Source of the DNA: Myxococcota bacterium
GTDB lineage: Bacteria > Myxococcota_A > UBA796 > CAJQPC01
NCBI GenBank assembly: GCA_036229005.1
Contig: JAZAMN010000052.1
Span: forward strand, 160,001-224,000
Reading direction: 5' to 3'
Length of the DNA stretch: 64,000 bases
Shown: positions 1 to 11,543 of the stretch, piece after piece
Layout of the letters: every line of letters starts with the position of its first letter
Position numbering within the stretch: the stretch's first letter is position 1
Notes under the pieces: generated by a model
Told to the model about the DNA's origin: nothing
Databases searched by the model: none
What the model saw: the letters and a program-made list of their open reading frames with translations, nothing else
Made by a program: the position numbers and the translations under genes

Positions 1-1
1 C

Positions 2-1612
2 GCGGGCCTGGGCGTGGGTGTCCAGGGTGTCCATCTGCACCTTGCCCATGGTGGCCACCGAGTGCTGGGGGGTCTCCTGGATCAGGTCCTCGATGCGGTG
101 CTTGCGCCAGGGGCTGAAGTAGAAGGTGCCCAGCTTGTAGGGGTCCACGCTGGCGTCGGTCTGGGGCGCCTTGGTGTTGGCCGAGACGATCACGCCGCCC
201 TCGGGGTCCATCAGCCCGGGCATGGCCTCGATCCACCCGTCCCAGCCGTGGTACTCGGAGCTGGCCGGGTAGGGCACGCGGCCGGTGTGCCCCTTGCGCT
301 GGGGCAGGATGCCCAGGGACTGGTAGCCGATGCTGCCCTGGTCATCGCCCAGCACCAGGTTCAGGCCCACCAGGGTGGGGGGCCGCTCGCTGGCGACGAA
401 GGCCTCGACCGTCTCGCTGTGGTTGAGCATCTTGAGCAGCGCCGCGCTCTGGTCGGGGTGATGGAACGCGGACCACTGCATGACCAGGACGTGGTCCCCC
501 TCAAGCTCGGTGAGCACCGGGCCCAGCTCGGTCATCTGGACCGTGTGCACGGAGCGCTCCCCCTCGGGCAGCTCGATGGTGAACTCCTGGGCCTGGAAGG
601 CCTTCTGCTGGCCGGCCAGGATGTAGCCGTCGCCCTTGCGCTGCACGATGGCGTAGTCCAGGTAGTCGGCCATCAGGTTGGTCATGCCCCAGGCCATGTG
701 TTCGTTGTGGCCGGAGATCACCCAGGGCATGCCCGGCATGGTGCCGCCGGCCACGTGCAGGTCGCCGCCCTTGGCCTCGACGATGTACCAGATGCCCGGC
801 ACCCGCACGGGCAGGTGGGGGTCGTTGGCCACGATGGGGGCCTCGCCCTTGGAGCGCTCCGCGCCCACCACCCAGGCGTTGGAGGCCTCGGTGTCCGTGC
901 CCTTGGCCATAAAGAAGTCCACGAAGCCCTGGAACTCCGGCGTGAAGCCGCCGGCCTCCATCTTCTGCACCTGGGCCCAGTAGGGGTCCACGCGCGGGCT
1001 CCCGTCACGCACCCAGAGCGCGTCCAGGTCGTCGCGGTCCAGCTTCTCGCGGAGCTGCCAGGACACCAGCTCCTGCCAGTGTCCGGAGCCCAGGCCCAGC
1101 GACTGCATGAAGATCACCGCCATGGAGTCCGCCGCAGTCCAGTCCGCGAAGCCGCCCTCCACCTTGAGCAGGCGGTACTCGATGGGGTCCTTCTTGGCCG
1201 TCTGGAAGCCCGCGTTGACCCCCTGCGCGTAGGCCGCGAGCTGGAAGCGCGTGTCGGGGTCCATCGCCCGCAGGCCGTCCTCCGCGCGCTTTTGCAGGTC
1301 CATTGCGCGCATGAACGCGTCCAGCTCGGCGAAATCGGGGCCCAGGACCTCCGAGACGCGCCCGTAGGCGATGCGCCGCATCAGGTCCATCTGGAAGGCG
1401 CGGTCCTGCCCGTGCACGAACCCGATGCCGTAGGTGGCGTCCGATTCGGAGCCCGCGCGGACGTGGGGGATGCCCTTGGAGTCGCGCAGGATCTGCACCT
1501 CGCCGGCGAGCCCGGGGCCCGTGGCGGCGCCGTCGATCTGGGGCAGCGAGCGGCCCTGACTCATGAGGGTGGTCACGGCGCAGCCGGACAGCAGCAGCAG
1601 CAAGGAAGGCAT
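2..1612 (-). CDS. Penicillin acylase family (Ntn-hydrolase) lipoprotein; 3' end runs off the window
   Basis: Not in the ORF track because there is no stop in the window. Manual translation from ATG 1612: MPSLLLLLSGC..., ILRDSKGIPHV, GFVHGQDRAFQMDLMRR, beta-subunit nucleophile SNAWVVG, ANDPHL. Confidence 0.9.
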   Translation of the reverse strand, partial: MPSLLLLLSGCAVTTLMSQGRSLPQIDGAATGPGLAGEVQILRDSKGIPHVRAGSESDATYGIGFVHGQDRAFQMDLMRRIAYGRVSEVLGPDFAELDAFMRAMDLQKRAEDGLRAMDPDTRFQLAAYAQGVNAGFQTAKKDPIEYRLLKVEGGFADWTAADSMAVIFMQSLGLGSGHWQELVSWQLREKLDRDDLDALWVRDGSPRVDPYWAQVQKMEAGGFTPEFQGFVDFFMAKGTDTEASNAWVVGAERSKGEAPIVANDPHLPVRVPGIWYIVEAKGGDLHVAGGTMPGMPWVISGHNEHMAWGMTNLMADYLDYAIVQRKGDGYILAGQQKAFQAQEFTIELPEGERSVHTVQMTELGPVLTELEGDHVLVMQWSAFHHPDQSAALLKMLNHSETVEAFVASERPPTLVGLNLVLGDDQGSIGYQSLGILPQRKGHTGRVPYPASSEYHGWDGWIEAMPGLMDPEGGVIVSANTKAPQTDASVDPYKLGTFYFSPWRKHRIEDLIQETPQHSVATMGKVQMDTLDTHAQAR

Positions 1613-1651
1613 GGGGGATTCTCTCCTGTGGCCGTGGTATACCCCGCCGCG

Positions 1652-2050
1652 ATGTCACAGACGCCCACCTTCACCGTCGTGGCCGCCCGCATCGAGCGGG
1701 ATGGCCGCTTCCTGATCACCCAGCGCCGGCCCCAGGCCGTGCTCCCGCTGCTCTGGGAGTTCCCTGGGGGCAAGGTGGAACCGGGTGAGACGGAGATCGA
1801 GGCCCTCCGCCGGGAGCTGCGGCACCGCATCAACGTCGAGATCGGTCACGCAGTCGAGGACATGGAGGTGCAGCACCCCTACGCCGGCTACACGCTGTGC
1901 CTGCGCCTCTACACCTGCCAGCTCGCCCAGGGCTGCGAGCCCCAGGCCGTGAACTGCAACGACCTCAAGTGGGTGCTCCCCGAAGAGCTCGCCCAGCACG
2001 AGTTCCCCGGCGCCGACCAGGCCACCGTGGATCAGCTCCTGGGGCGCTGA
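1652..2050 (+). CDS. MutT/NudG-like Nudix hydrolase with a degenerate Nudix box
   Basis: Last 132 aa of ORF 14..2050: VVAARIERDGRFLITQR...WEFPGGKVEPGETEIEALRRELRHRINV, C-terminal FPGAD. Confidence 0.85.
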   Translation: MSQTPTFTVVAARIERDGRFLITQRRPQAVLPLLWEFPGGKVEPGETEIEALRRELRHRINVEIGHAVEDMEVQHPYAGYTLCLRLYTCQLAQGCEPQAVNCNDLKWVLPEELAQHEFPGADQATVDQLLGR

Positions 2051-2089
2051 GCCGCTCCTGCTGAGCCCGCCATCTGGGCGGGGAGGCCC

Positions 2090-3823
2090 TCAGTCCCGCC
2101 GCCGCCCCAGCAACAGCAGCGGCAGCAGCAGCAGCGCCGCGGAGCCACCACTCTCCCCGCAGCCGCCCATCAGAGTGACGCCGCTGCCAGAGACACTGCC
2201 GGTGCCTCCGCCCTCGCCGCCCCAGACCTCCGCGTTGGGCCCGCCAAAGGCCCCGATGTCCGACAGGCCCCCGTCGGGATCCTGGATCTCCGGGCTCCCG
2301 TTGTCCACCAGCGGCGAGCCCTCCGCGGGGACGGGGTCCACAGCGCAGTCCTGGTCAGCGGCCGCGAACGCCGATTCGAACTCCGGCGGCGTGTCGATCA
2401 GGTTGCCCTCGCCGAGCTCCAGGCCTGCCTCCGTGATGGAGACCACCAGGCCGTCCAGGAGGTTGTAGGAGAAGTTGTCGACCACCCCGACCAGGTCACT
2501 CCGGAGCCTGTTCACGTCGACCACCGCGTTGTTGACGAACCACAGAGAGCTGGGGCTGCTGTCGATCAGCGCGTCATCGAGCTGGTAGAAGGTGTTGTTG
2601 ACCAGCTCCAGGCTGCCGTCCACGTTGAGCCCCGGCCCGCTCACCTGCCGGAGCACGCTGTTCTGCATCCGCAGGCCGCCGTCCCGCACCTCGAAGAGGG
2701 AGCCGCTGTCGCTGCCCACCGAGCAGAAGCGCCCGTTGACCAGGTCGACCACCTGCCCCAGCCCCTCGGCGTAGACGACCCCACCGGCCTTGGCGCTGGC
2801 CCCCTCCACCCGGATCCCCTTGAGGATCAGGGCCTCGCCGTCCGTGCTCTTGACCACCGCGCCGTAGTCCGCGTCCACGTCGCGGAACACACCCCCGCTG
2901 ATGGCCAGCGAGGCATCCACCGCGTAGAACGCCCCCCCGTCCACGCCCGTGACGCTGACATCCGACCAGCTATGGCCCCCGTCCAGCAGGTAGATGGCGT
3001 TGCCCTCGGCCTCGACCACCTGGACGCCCTCGGCCACCGAGTCCACGCCCGAGAGGAAGACCGCGGAGCCAAAGGACCGGCCGGCCTCGTAGCCGATCTC
3101 CGCGCCGGTCACCGTCAGCCCGTCGATGCGAACGGAGTTGGTGACCCCGCCGCTGCCGAACACGCTGTCGACAAGCAGCCCGGTGTTTCCCGTGCCTGTC
3201 GTGTCCTCCGGCACCTCGATCACGACATCCTGGAACACCCACTCCCGACCGTCCGCGACCGAGGAGGTGATCACGATCGCCGCCCCCGGGTAGCCCGCCG
3301 CGGCGGAGAAGTCGTTGCCGTGGAAGCTCACGCCGTAGAGCTCCAGCCCCCCGCTGTCCACCTGCAGCGGCGTCCCAAAGGTCCCTCCCGAGACCCCCGA
3401 GAACTCCAGCTCCTTGCCGATGAACGTGGCCCCCTCCCGCACGATCACGCCAGAGGTGCCCTCGGCCAGGATTTGGTTCGACGGGTAGGTCGACGCGGCG
3501 ACCACCGAGGACCCAGGCTGGACCTGTCCCTGCTCCACGGTGACCGTGACGCCGTCGCCGCTGACGACCATGCAGGGCAGCGACCGTGGCTCGCCGTCAG
3601 AGGACCGGATGGTCACGCTTCGCCACACCTCGACGCAGGCAAAGTAGCCGCTCCCGGAGAGCGCCCCCTCCAGGTTCTCGTAGTCCGGCTGCAGCTCGAT
3701 GACCTGGAGGTCCTCCCCGGCGAGCTGCAGGGCATCCGCGATGCGCTCGTAGTCCCGGTCCGCGCTCGCGCCGACGGTGACAGTGGATTGCGCGAAGCCC
3801 AGAGACGAGAGCAGCAGGATCAT
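2090..3823 (-). CDS. Secreted right-handed beta-helix protein with a MYXO-CTERM-like sorting tail
   Basis: Start MILLLSSLGFAQS; DYERIADAL motif; G/V-rich beta-helix-like repeats; SPLVDNG...D.D.G.SDIGAFGGP; tail GGCGESGGSAALLLLPLLLLGRRRD. Confidence 0.7.
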   Translation of the reverse strand: MILLLSSLGFAQSTVTVGASADRDYERIADALQLAGEDLQVIELQPDYENLEGALSGSGYFACVEVWRSVTIRSSDGEPRSLPCMVVSGDGVTVTVEQGQVQPGSSVVAASTYPSNQILAEGTSGVIVREGATFIGKELEFSGVSGGTFGTPLQVDSGGLELYGVSFHGNDFSAAAGYPGAAIVITSSVADGREWVFQDVVIEVPEDTTGTGNTGLLVDSVFGSGGVTNSVRIDGLTVTGAEIGYEAGRSFGSAVFLSGVDSVAEGVQVVEAEGNAIYLLDGGHSWSDVSVTGVDGGAFYAVDASLAISGGVFRDVDADYGAVVKSTDGEALILKGIRVEGASAKAGGVVYAEGLGQVVDLVNGRFCSVGSDSGSLFEVRDGGLRMQNSVLRQVSGPGLNVDGSLELVNNTFYQLDDALIDSSPSSLWFVNNAVVDVNRLRSDLVGVVDNFSYNLLDGLVVSITEAGLELGEGNLIDTPPEFESAFAAADQDCAVDPVPAEGSPLVDNGSPEIQDPDGGLSDIGAFGGPNAEVWGGEGGGTGSVSGSGVTLMGGCGESGGSAALLLLPLLLLGRRRD

Positions 3824-3911
3824 GGACGCAGCATACAAAAAGGCCACCGGGGTTGTCCCCAGTGGCCCTCTCACCCGCCTCTCGGCGGCACGCGGCCCAA
3901 AGACCCGGCGC

Positions 3912-4853
3912 TCAGAAGCCCGGGTTGTTGGTGGCCTTGACCTTGAGCTCGGCGATCGCCACGCTGCCCTTGGCGCTGGTGCCCTCGTAGACCTCCAGGA
4001 CCTCCATCTTGACAGGGCCAAAGGCCGAGCCGGTGTACCCAAATGGCGTGGGGATCATGGCCAGGTGCTCCCCCTTCTCGTCCGGGATCTCGGTCACCAC
4101 CGACTTGTTGTTGGCGGTGAGCTTGACCTTCTTGACGCGGTCGTGGGTCTTGGGTCCGTGCACGATGCGCACGCTGGACAGACCCAGGATGGAGGAGAAC
4201 TCCACGAACGCGCCCTCGCTGGGGGTCGCGAAGAAGCTCTTGGCGTTGTCGTCCATCATGTCCATCGTGATGTGCTCGGGGTCCTCCTCCGAGCTGCTGT
4301 CGATGGTGGGCACGGCGTCGTACTCCTCCATGTGCACAGCCAGCTCGGAGATGGCCACGGAGGGGAAGTCGCGCCCCTCGTAGACCTCTACGATGGAGAG
4401 CTTGAGCCAGCCGCCAAACCCGTTCTCACCGACCTCGGCGTTCTCGATGTCCACCACCTGCACGTCGGCGGTGTCAGCGAGGTCGATGTGGGTGGTGAAG
4501 GTGGTCTTCACGTCGCCCATGGAGCTGGTGCAGCACACAAACTCCACCTTCATCTTCTTGACGCGGGCGTAGTCGGAGAAGGTCTCCTCGTCCTTGACCC
4601 ACCCGTTCTGGAACGCGATCTTGTCGAGCTTGCCCTGGGGCACCTCGATCTGGATGTACTCGCCGACGTTCTCGGAGTCGCCGGGCACCATCCACGCGGT
4701 CTCCGGGTTCCCGTCGATCGCCGAGTTTCCACCCCAGAAGTTCTCGGTCTGGCCGCGGGCGGCGTTCTTCTGGGAGCTGACCTTCGCGCCGCCGAATGCC
4801 AGGGCGGGCAACAGGACGGCCGCGGCTGCGGTCAGGGCGATGGCCTTCTTCAT
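3912..4853 (-). CDS. Secreted protein with two discoidin/galactose-binding-like domains
   Basis: Signal MKKAIALTAAAAVLLPALAFG; AIDGNPETAW...GEYIQI; internal duplication EVYEGRDFPSVAISEL / EVYEGTSAKGSVAIAEL. Confidence 0.7.
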   Translation of the reverse strand: MKKAIALTAAAAVLLPALAFGGAKVSSQKNAARGQTENFWGGNSAIDGNPETAWMVPGDSENVGEYIQIEVPQGKLDKIAFQNGWVKDEETFSDYARVKKMKVEFVCCTSSMGDVKTTFTTHIDLADTADVQVVDIENAEVGENGFGGWLKLSIVEVYEGRDFPSVAISELAVHMEEYDAVPTIDSSSEEDPEHITMDMMDDNAKSFFATPSEGAFVEFSSILGLSSVRIVHGPKTHDRVKKVKLTANNKSVVTEIPDEKGEHLAMIPTPFGYTGSAFGPVKMEVLEVYEGTSAKGSVAIAELKVKATNNPGF

Positions 4854-4944
4854 GACTACTCTCCACGAAATGGTGCGGCAGCGTAGCACGCAACAGGCCT
4901 GCGCCATTCCGAGCATGAGCGGCCTTCACGGTTAGAGAGCGTCC

Positions 4945-5526
4945 ATGAACGAGCCCAGCCCACCGCCCCTGGAAGTCGGCCAGCTCCTGGCGCGCATGAC
5001 CGCCGGGGTGTTGGTGCTCATGGCGGCCCTGGGCCTCACCGGGTGGCTGTGGGGCGAGCAGATCAAGGCCGGCGGCACCTGGTTCGTGGAGACCCTGGGC
5101 CTTCCCGGACTCTTTGCCTGCTTCTACGTGCCCGACGCCATCCCCATCCCCGGCGCCCACGAGGTCTGCACCGGCCTCTCCCTGATCGGTGGCGTCAACT
5201 TCTGGGCCATCACCGGGGTCGCCGGCCTGGGGAGCGTCAGCGGCGGCATCACCGGCTACTTCCTGGGTCGCCTGCTGGCCCACACCGAGCGCCTGCAGTC
5301 CTTCCTGAGCGGGCGCGGCGCCAAGGCCAGCCTGCTCGTCAAGCGCCACGGCGCCACCGCGGTCGCCCTGGGCGCGGTCTCCCCCATCCCCTACTCGGTC
5401 ACCGCCTGGGCCGCGGGCAGCCTGCGCATGCCCCTGCTGCCCTTCATCCTGGTCAGCCTGCTGCGCTTCCCGCGCATCGCCTTCTACCTGTGGCTGATCC
5501 AGCTCGGGGTCGCCTCCACGAGCTGA
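4945..5526 (+). CDS. DedA/VTT (SNARE-associated) family membrane protein
   Basis: GSVSGGITGYFLGR, SPIPYSVTAWAAG.LRMP..PF, hydrophobic helices. Confidence 0.8.
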   Translation: MNEPSPPPLEVGQLLARMTAGVLVLMAALGLTGWLWGEQIKAGGTWFVETLGLPGLFACFYVPDAIPIPGAHEVCTGLSLIGGVNFWAITGVAGLGSVSGGITGYFLGRLLAHTERLQSFLSGRGAKASLLVKRHGATAVALGAVSPIPYSVTAWAAGSLRMPLLPFILVSLLRFPRIAFYLWLIQLGVASTS

Positions 5527-5547
5527 CGGCGCTGTGCTCCCCGGGGC

Positions 5548-6798
5548 TCAGTCCAGCCGGGGTCCGTGGTGGGGGTCTTGGGCCAGGCGGCGCTGAACGC
5601 CCAGGTCCAGCTCCAGCCAGATCCGCTCGGGGATGCGGCCATCCGGGCGTGTCCACCAACAGAAGAACTCATCGGCCAGGGAGTCCCGCAGCCAGTCCAC
5701 CCCGCCGGCGTGGACCACCGCGCCTTGGGCGTCCAGCAGCTTCACGTTCTCCAGGTCTGGGAAGGACCCGTGGTGTACGCGGGCCCAGCGCTTCAACGCT
5801 CTGGCACCCGTGAAGTCCAGGGACACCCCTACACCTCCGACCGCCAGCGAGGTGCGGTCGTCCATGAGCTGCTGGTGCACCGTCCAGCGCAGGTCGGCGT
5901 CGCACTCCGAGAGCACCCGCGGGCTACCCCCCAGGTCGGCCGGGTGCGCGCCCGGGTCCCCGTGGGGGTAGACCGTGCTGGGGCCTGGGTCGGGGTCCGC
6001 GTCGCCGTCGAGCTCGGCCAACGCCTGCTGCAGCGTGCCCTTGGGCACCCGGCCCAGGGTGGCGCGGGTGGTCTCGGGCTCCACGGACACATCCCCGGGT
6101 GGCAGGGGCTTGAAGTGCGTCTTGCGGCCTTCGCCCTTGCGGCGGCTGCCCACCAGCGCCTCGAGCTCCGGTCCGGTCCAGCAGCGCGGGCCGCCCAGCG
6201 CCAGGGCGCGGCCGGGCTGCTCGATGCGGTCCAACAGGTCCAGGATGGCCTCGGCGGCGTCCAGACGGCTGATGGGTGCGTAGCGGCTGCTCTCCTTGAA
6301 GGTGTAGGGGCTGCCGCCGTCCGGCGGCTGTACGTGCCCCTCGATCACCTCGTCGTGGTAGCAGGAAAAGCGCAGGATGGTCCACGGGGCGTTGCAGTTG
6401 CGCACCCCGCCCTCCAGGTAGAAGGAGCGCCGGTTCAGGCTGGCGTAGGACCAGCGGTAGGCGCCCATCACGGACACGTGCAGGATGGTGTGGGCCCCCG
6501 CGTCGCGGGCGGCGTTCACGATGTTCTCGGCGGCCACCCCGTCGTAGATGGGCGCGCCGGGCCCGCAGGTGCGCGGGTCGATGCAGCTCACCACCGTGGT
6601 GGCGCCCTCCATGACCGCCTTGAGGGCGGAGGGCACCATGGGGTCGGCGTAGCAGAGCTTCTGCACGTCGGCCAGGCCGCGGATGCGTTCGATGTCGCGG
6701 TCATCCCGCACCACCGGGCGCACGGGGATCCCGCGGGCCTCGGCGAGGCGGAGGACCTGGAGGCCGGTCAGGCCGTTGGCACCAAGCAGTACGAGCAT
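5548..6798 (-). CDS. NAD(P)-binding atypical SDR/NmrA-like protein with a C-terminal extension
   Basis: N-terminal LGANGLTG Rossmann motif; HVSVMGA; WTILR; PISRLDAAEA. Confidence 0.75.
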   Translation of the reverse strand: MLVLLGANGLTGLQVLRLAEARGIPVRPVVRDDRDIERIRGLADVQKLCYADPMVPSALKAVMEGATTVVSCIDPRTCGPGAPIYDGVAAENIVNAARDAGAHTILHVSVMGAYRWSYASLNRRSFYLEGGVRNCNAPWTILRFSCYHDEVIEGHVQPPDGGSPYTFKESSRYAPISRLDAAEAILDLLDRIEQPGRALALGGPRCWTGPELEALVGSRRKGEGRKTHFKPLPPGDVSVEPETTRATLGRVPKGTLQQALAELDGDADPDPGPSTVYPHGDPGAHPADLGGSPRVLSECDADLRWTVHQQLMDDRTSLAVGGVGVSLDFTGARALKRWARVHHGSFPDLENVKLLDAQGAVVHAGGVDWLRDSLADEFFCWWTRPDGRIPERIWLELDLGVQRRLAQDPHHGPRLD

Positions 6799-6891
6799 GG
6801 CCGCAGTATGGCACCCGCCGCGCCTCGACTGACAGACCCAGCGCAGCTTTTGGGGTGGGCTGCGGGGGCGAGGCGGTGGACCCCCGGGCGG

Positions 6892-9114
<2,223 letters not shown>

Positions 9115-9196
9115 GGGGAGCTCCGGGGATCGCGGCCATCGTGTCAGGGGCGGGCGGGCGCTTCAATAGCGCAGCGGCTGTGTCGATGGGGAGGAC

Positions 9197-9700
9197 ATGT
9201 TGGCACTCCTCCTTGCATGGCAGGCTGTGGGCGGCGACGCCCTGGGTCCTTGGCAGCTCGGCACCCCCGGCTCCTCCCGCGCGACGGTCGCCCAGGTCCT
9301 GGGCGAGCAGGGCATCCTCCGCGCCGAGTCCTGTGACGGCCAGGTGCAGCAGCTCATCTTCTCGGTCCCCTTCTCCGAGGTCGTCCTGCCCTCCGAGCGC
9401 TACCCCGCCGTGCGCCAGACCCCCGACGCCGTCAGCGACGCCGCGATGCTCACCCTGGCGCTCTACGAGCGCATGTCCCTGGCGGGCTGGCGCGGCGATC
9501 CCTTGAGCCCCCGCGACTTCTGGGCTGCCACCCCCGCGCACTTCTCCGATCCCGACCTGCCGGAGCAGGGTCCGGTGCAGTGGACTGTCCGGCGCTCGCT
9601 GGATCGCGGCCCCCACCACCGGGAGCTGGTGCAGTGGTGCAGCGGGACGCGGGATCTGCGCACCTGCGAGGTCAGCGTGGTGGCCGGCGAGGGGTGTTGA
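9197..9700 (+). CDS. Hypothetical secreted protein
   Basis: GGAGG SD before ATG; short hydrophobic N-terminus; fills the gap between flanking genes. Confidence 0.55.
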   Translation: MLALLLAWQAVGGDALGPWQLGTPGSSRATVAQVLGEQGILRAESCDGQVQQLIFSVPFSEVVLPSERYPAVRQTPDAVSDAAMLTLALYERMSLAGWRGDPLSPRDFWAATPAHFSDPDLPEQGPVQWTVRRSLDRGPHHRELVQWCSGTRDLRTCEVSVVAGEGC

Positions 9701-9712
9701 GGGGCCTGACCC

Positions 9713-10291
9713 TCAGGCGGTGAGCTCCACCATCCCCTCCGCACAGGGCGCAAAACGCAGCGCCTCCAGCGCAGCGATGCGCTCCGCTCCCCGGCTCTGC
9801 ACGACGCGCTCAAAGTCGGCCGCGGTCAGCGAGCGCGCGGAGAGGTTGATCTCCATCTCTCCATCGACCACCTCCAGCGTGAGCTTGCTGCCCAGCTGGG
9901 ACTGGTCCAGACGCACCATGCACACCTGCTCCCAGGACAGCGACCGGGTCTCCAGCTGGACGTTGAAGCGGTGGGGCACAAAGTGCAGAGCCCGATCCGT
10001 CACGAACAGGCGCCCACCGCGCATCTCCGCACCCACGCGGTGGTTCGCCGGCGCATGCCCGACCACAAGCTCCCCGGCTCCGATCCGGACGGTGGGCCTG
10101 GGCAGGAAGAGACCGCGGCCCATGGTCCAGAACACCGCGATCAGCGCAGCCGGGACCAGCCCAAAGCAGACGGTGAGGAGGATCCGCAGCCCCAGAGTCA
10201 TCTGGCCCCCTTCGCCGGGGCCGGCGAAGAACCACGCGGCCAGGCTGAAGATGGGCGCGAGGACCAGGAAGACATGCTGAGGCTTGGGCAT
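9713..10291 (-). CDS. Membrane protein with a PH/GRAM-like domain
   Basis: Two N-terminal TM helices, then ANH...GGRLFVTDRALHFVPHRFN. Confidence 0.6.
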   Translation of the reverse strand: MPKPQHVFLVLAPIFSLAAWFFAGPGEGGQMTLGLRILLTVCFGLVPAALIAVFWTMGRGLFLPRPTVRIGAGELVVGHAPANHRVGAEMRGGRLFVTDRALHFVPHRFNVQLETRSLSWEQVCMVRLDQSQLGSKLTLEVVDGEMEINLSARSLTAADFERVVQSRGAERIAALEALRFAPCAEGMVELTA

Positions 10292-10325
10292 GGACGGGGA
10301 CTAACGCCGGCGAGGGTGGCCCAGC

Positions 10326-10600
10326 CGGCGAGGCTACGGGGTCTGAATGAAATCCGGCCGAGGCTACGGGGTCTGAGTGATCCCGAGGGGGTGGCTACGG
10401 GTCCTGGGTGAGCGCTTCGCTGCGGCTACGCAGGCTCAGTGAGCGATCCCGAGGGCCCGCGAAGGCCAGATCGGTGTCCTGGGCCCGATTTCAGCGGGTT
10501 TGGGGCCCCCAATCGGTCCTCTCTGAGCAGATCGGTGAGCCGAGCGCTCACCGGTGGGGCGTAGCCTCAAAGGGCCGCTCATTGGGAGGGCGTAGCCGCC
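10326..10600. repeat. Inverted array of about 31-bp units (GGCTACG-N8-RTGA)
   Basis: GGCTACG at 10332, 10362, 10393, 10424 (+); its complement CGTAGCC at 10560 and 10591. Confidence 0.7.
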
Positions 10601-10615
10601 GTCTGGGCAGGCCGC

Positions 10616-11071
10616 TCAGCCCTCGAGGGCCTGATTCAGCGCGGCTGCGGCGCGCTCCACCTTGTCCTTGGGCAGCGCGATGGCGTGAATGCGCAGCGTC
10701 TCCGCCCCCACCTTGAGCTCCAGGCGTCCCTGCCTGGGGCTCAGCAGGACCGGCGCGACCTGGGCGCCCGTGAGCTCCGCGCGGGAGACGCTCTGTGTGC
10801 CACGCAGGGACAGCGGCCCGGTGTGCACCGAGAGCTGCTCGCCATCCAGGGTCAGGCGGGTGGTGTTCAGCAGCAGCGAGAGCCCCTGCAGCAGGAAGCT
10901 TCCCCCCAGGCCGATCGGCCCAAGGAGCAGCCCGTTGGGCAGCACGGGGTTGAGCACCAGCACCACCCCCCACACGATGCAGACGAGCACCACCAGCAGG
11001 GGAAGCCAGGCCGTCGACAGGCCGCCCCAAGGGAGCTCAATGACGGCGGGGGAGTCGCTCTGAGAGGTCAT
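10616..11071 (-). CDS. Small membrane protein (2 TM plus PH-like domain)
   Basis: Two hydrophobic helices, then NTTRLTLDGEQLSVHTGPL; TAGATT -10-like box 6 nt before the ATG. Confidence 0.6.
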   Translation of the reverse strand: MTSQSDSPAVIELPWGGLSTAWLPLLVVLVCIVWGVVLVLNPVLPNGLLLGPIGLGGSFLLQGLSLLLNTTRLTLDGEQLSVHTGPLSLRGTQSVSRAELTGAQVAPVLLSPRQGRLELKVGAETLRIHAIALPKDKVERAAAALNQALEG

Positions 11072-11129
11072 TTTCGGAATCTATGCGCCCAAGGTCCGCG
11101 CGCCATGGGAGTGCGGTCAAGTCCGGAGG

Positions 11130-11543
11130 TCAAGGCCCAGAGGGCGCGTAGTTGGCTTCGTCGCAGGTGTAGAAGTTCTCGAGAGCAGGCTGGGCGATGG
11201 GCTCGAAGTAGACGTCCCAGTTCTCAAACTCCTCTTCGACGAGGGGGTCTGCGAGGGAGCAGTCCTGCTCCCGGACCGACTGCCAGTGCTCCCGAGCCGC
11301 GCACCAGTCGATGCACTGTTCGGCCTCCACAGGCGGGATCAGCTGATCGGCGAAGAAGTTGGTGCAGTAGGCCAGGTGCCGCTGCTCCAGGTGCCCGCAG
11401 TCGAAGATCAGCCAGTTGCAGGTCTCGCGCACGGTGTTGAAGCGCACCTCATCAATGTCACCCACGTCCTCGCAGCCGGTGTCGGCGGAGGAATCCACCG
11501 GTTCGGACGGGCACCCGAACAGACACAGGAAGATCAGGGCCAT
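11130..11543 (-). CDS. Cys-rich small lipoprotein (paralog 2)
   Basis: MALIFLCLFGC; shares C-x3-GDI, CxDWCAARE and FYxC with the adjacent gene; start overlaps the upstream stop. Confidence 0.75.
   Translation of the reverse strand: MALIFLCLFGCPSEPVDSSADTGCEDVGDIDEVRFNTVRETCNWLIFDCGHLEQRHLAYCTNFFADQLIPPVEAEQCIDWCAAREHWQSVREQDCSLADPLVEEEFENWDVYFEPIAQPALENFYTCDEANYAPSGP

Noticed and set aside
14..1651. N-terminal 546 aa of ORF 14..2050 as part of a giant Nudix fusion
   Set aside because: It is the antisense shadow of the penicillin acylase gene; the real Nudix CDS starts at ATG 1652.
9201..9217. Sigma-54 promoter TGGCAC-N6-TTGCA
   Set aside because: Spacing is one base too long (GG-N11-GC) and it lies inside a CDS.
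10326..10600. CRISPR array
   Set aside because: The conserved part is only about 7+4 nt, the period is 31 bp, orientation flips, and no cas genes are present.
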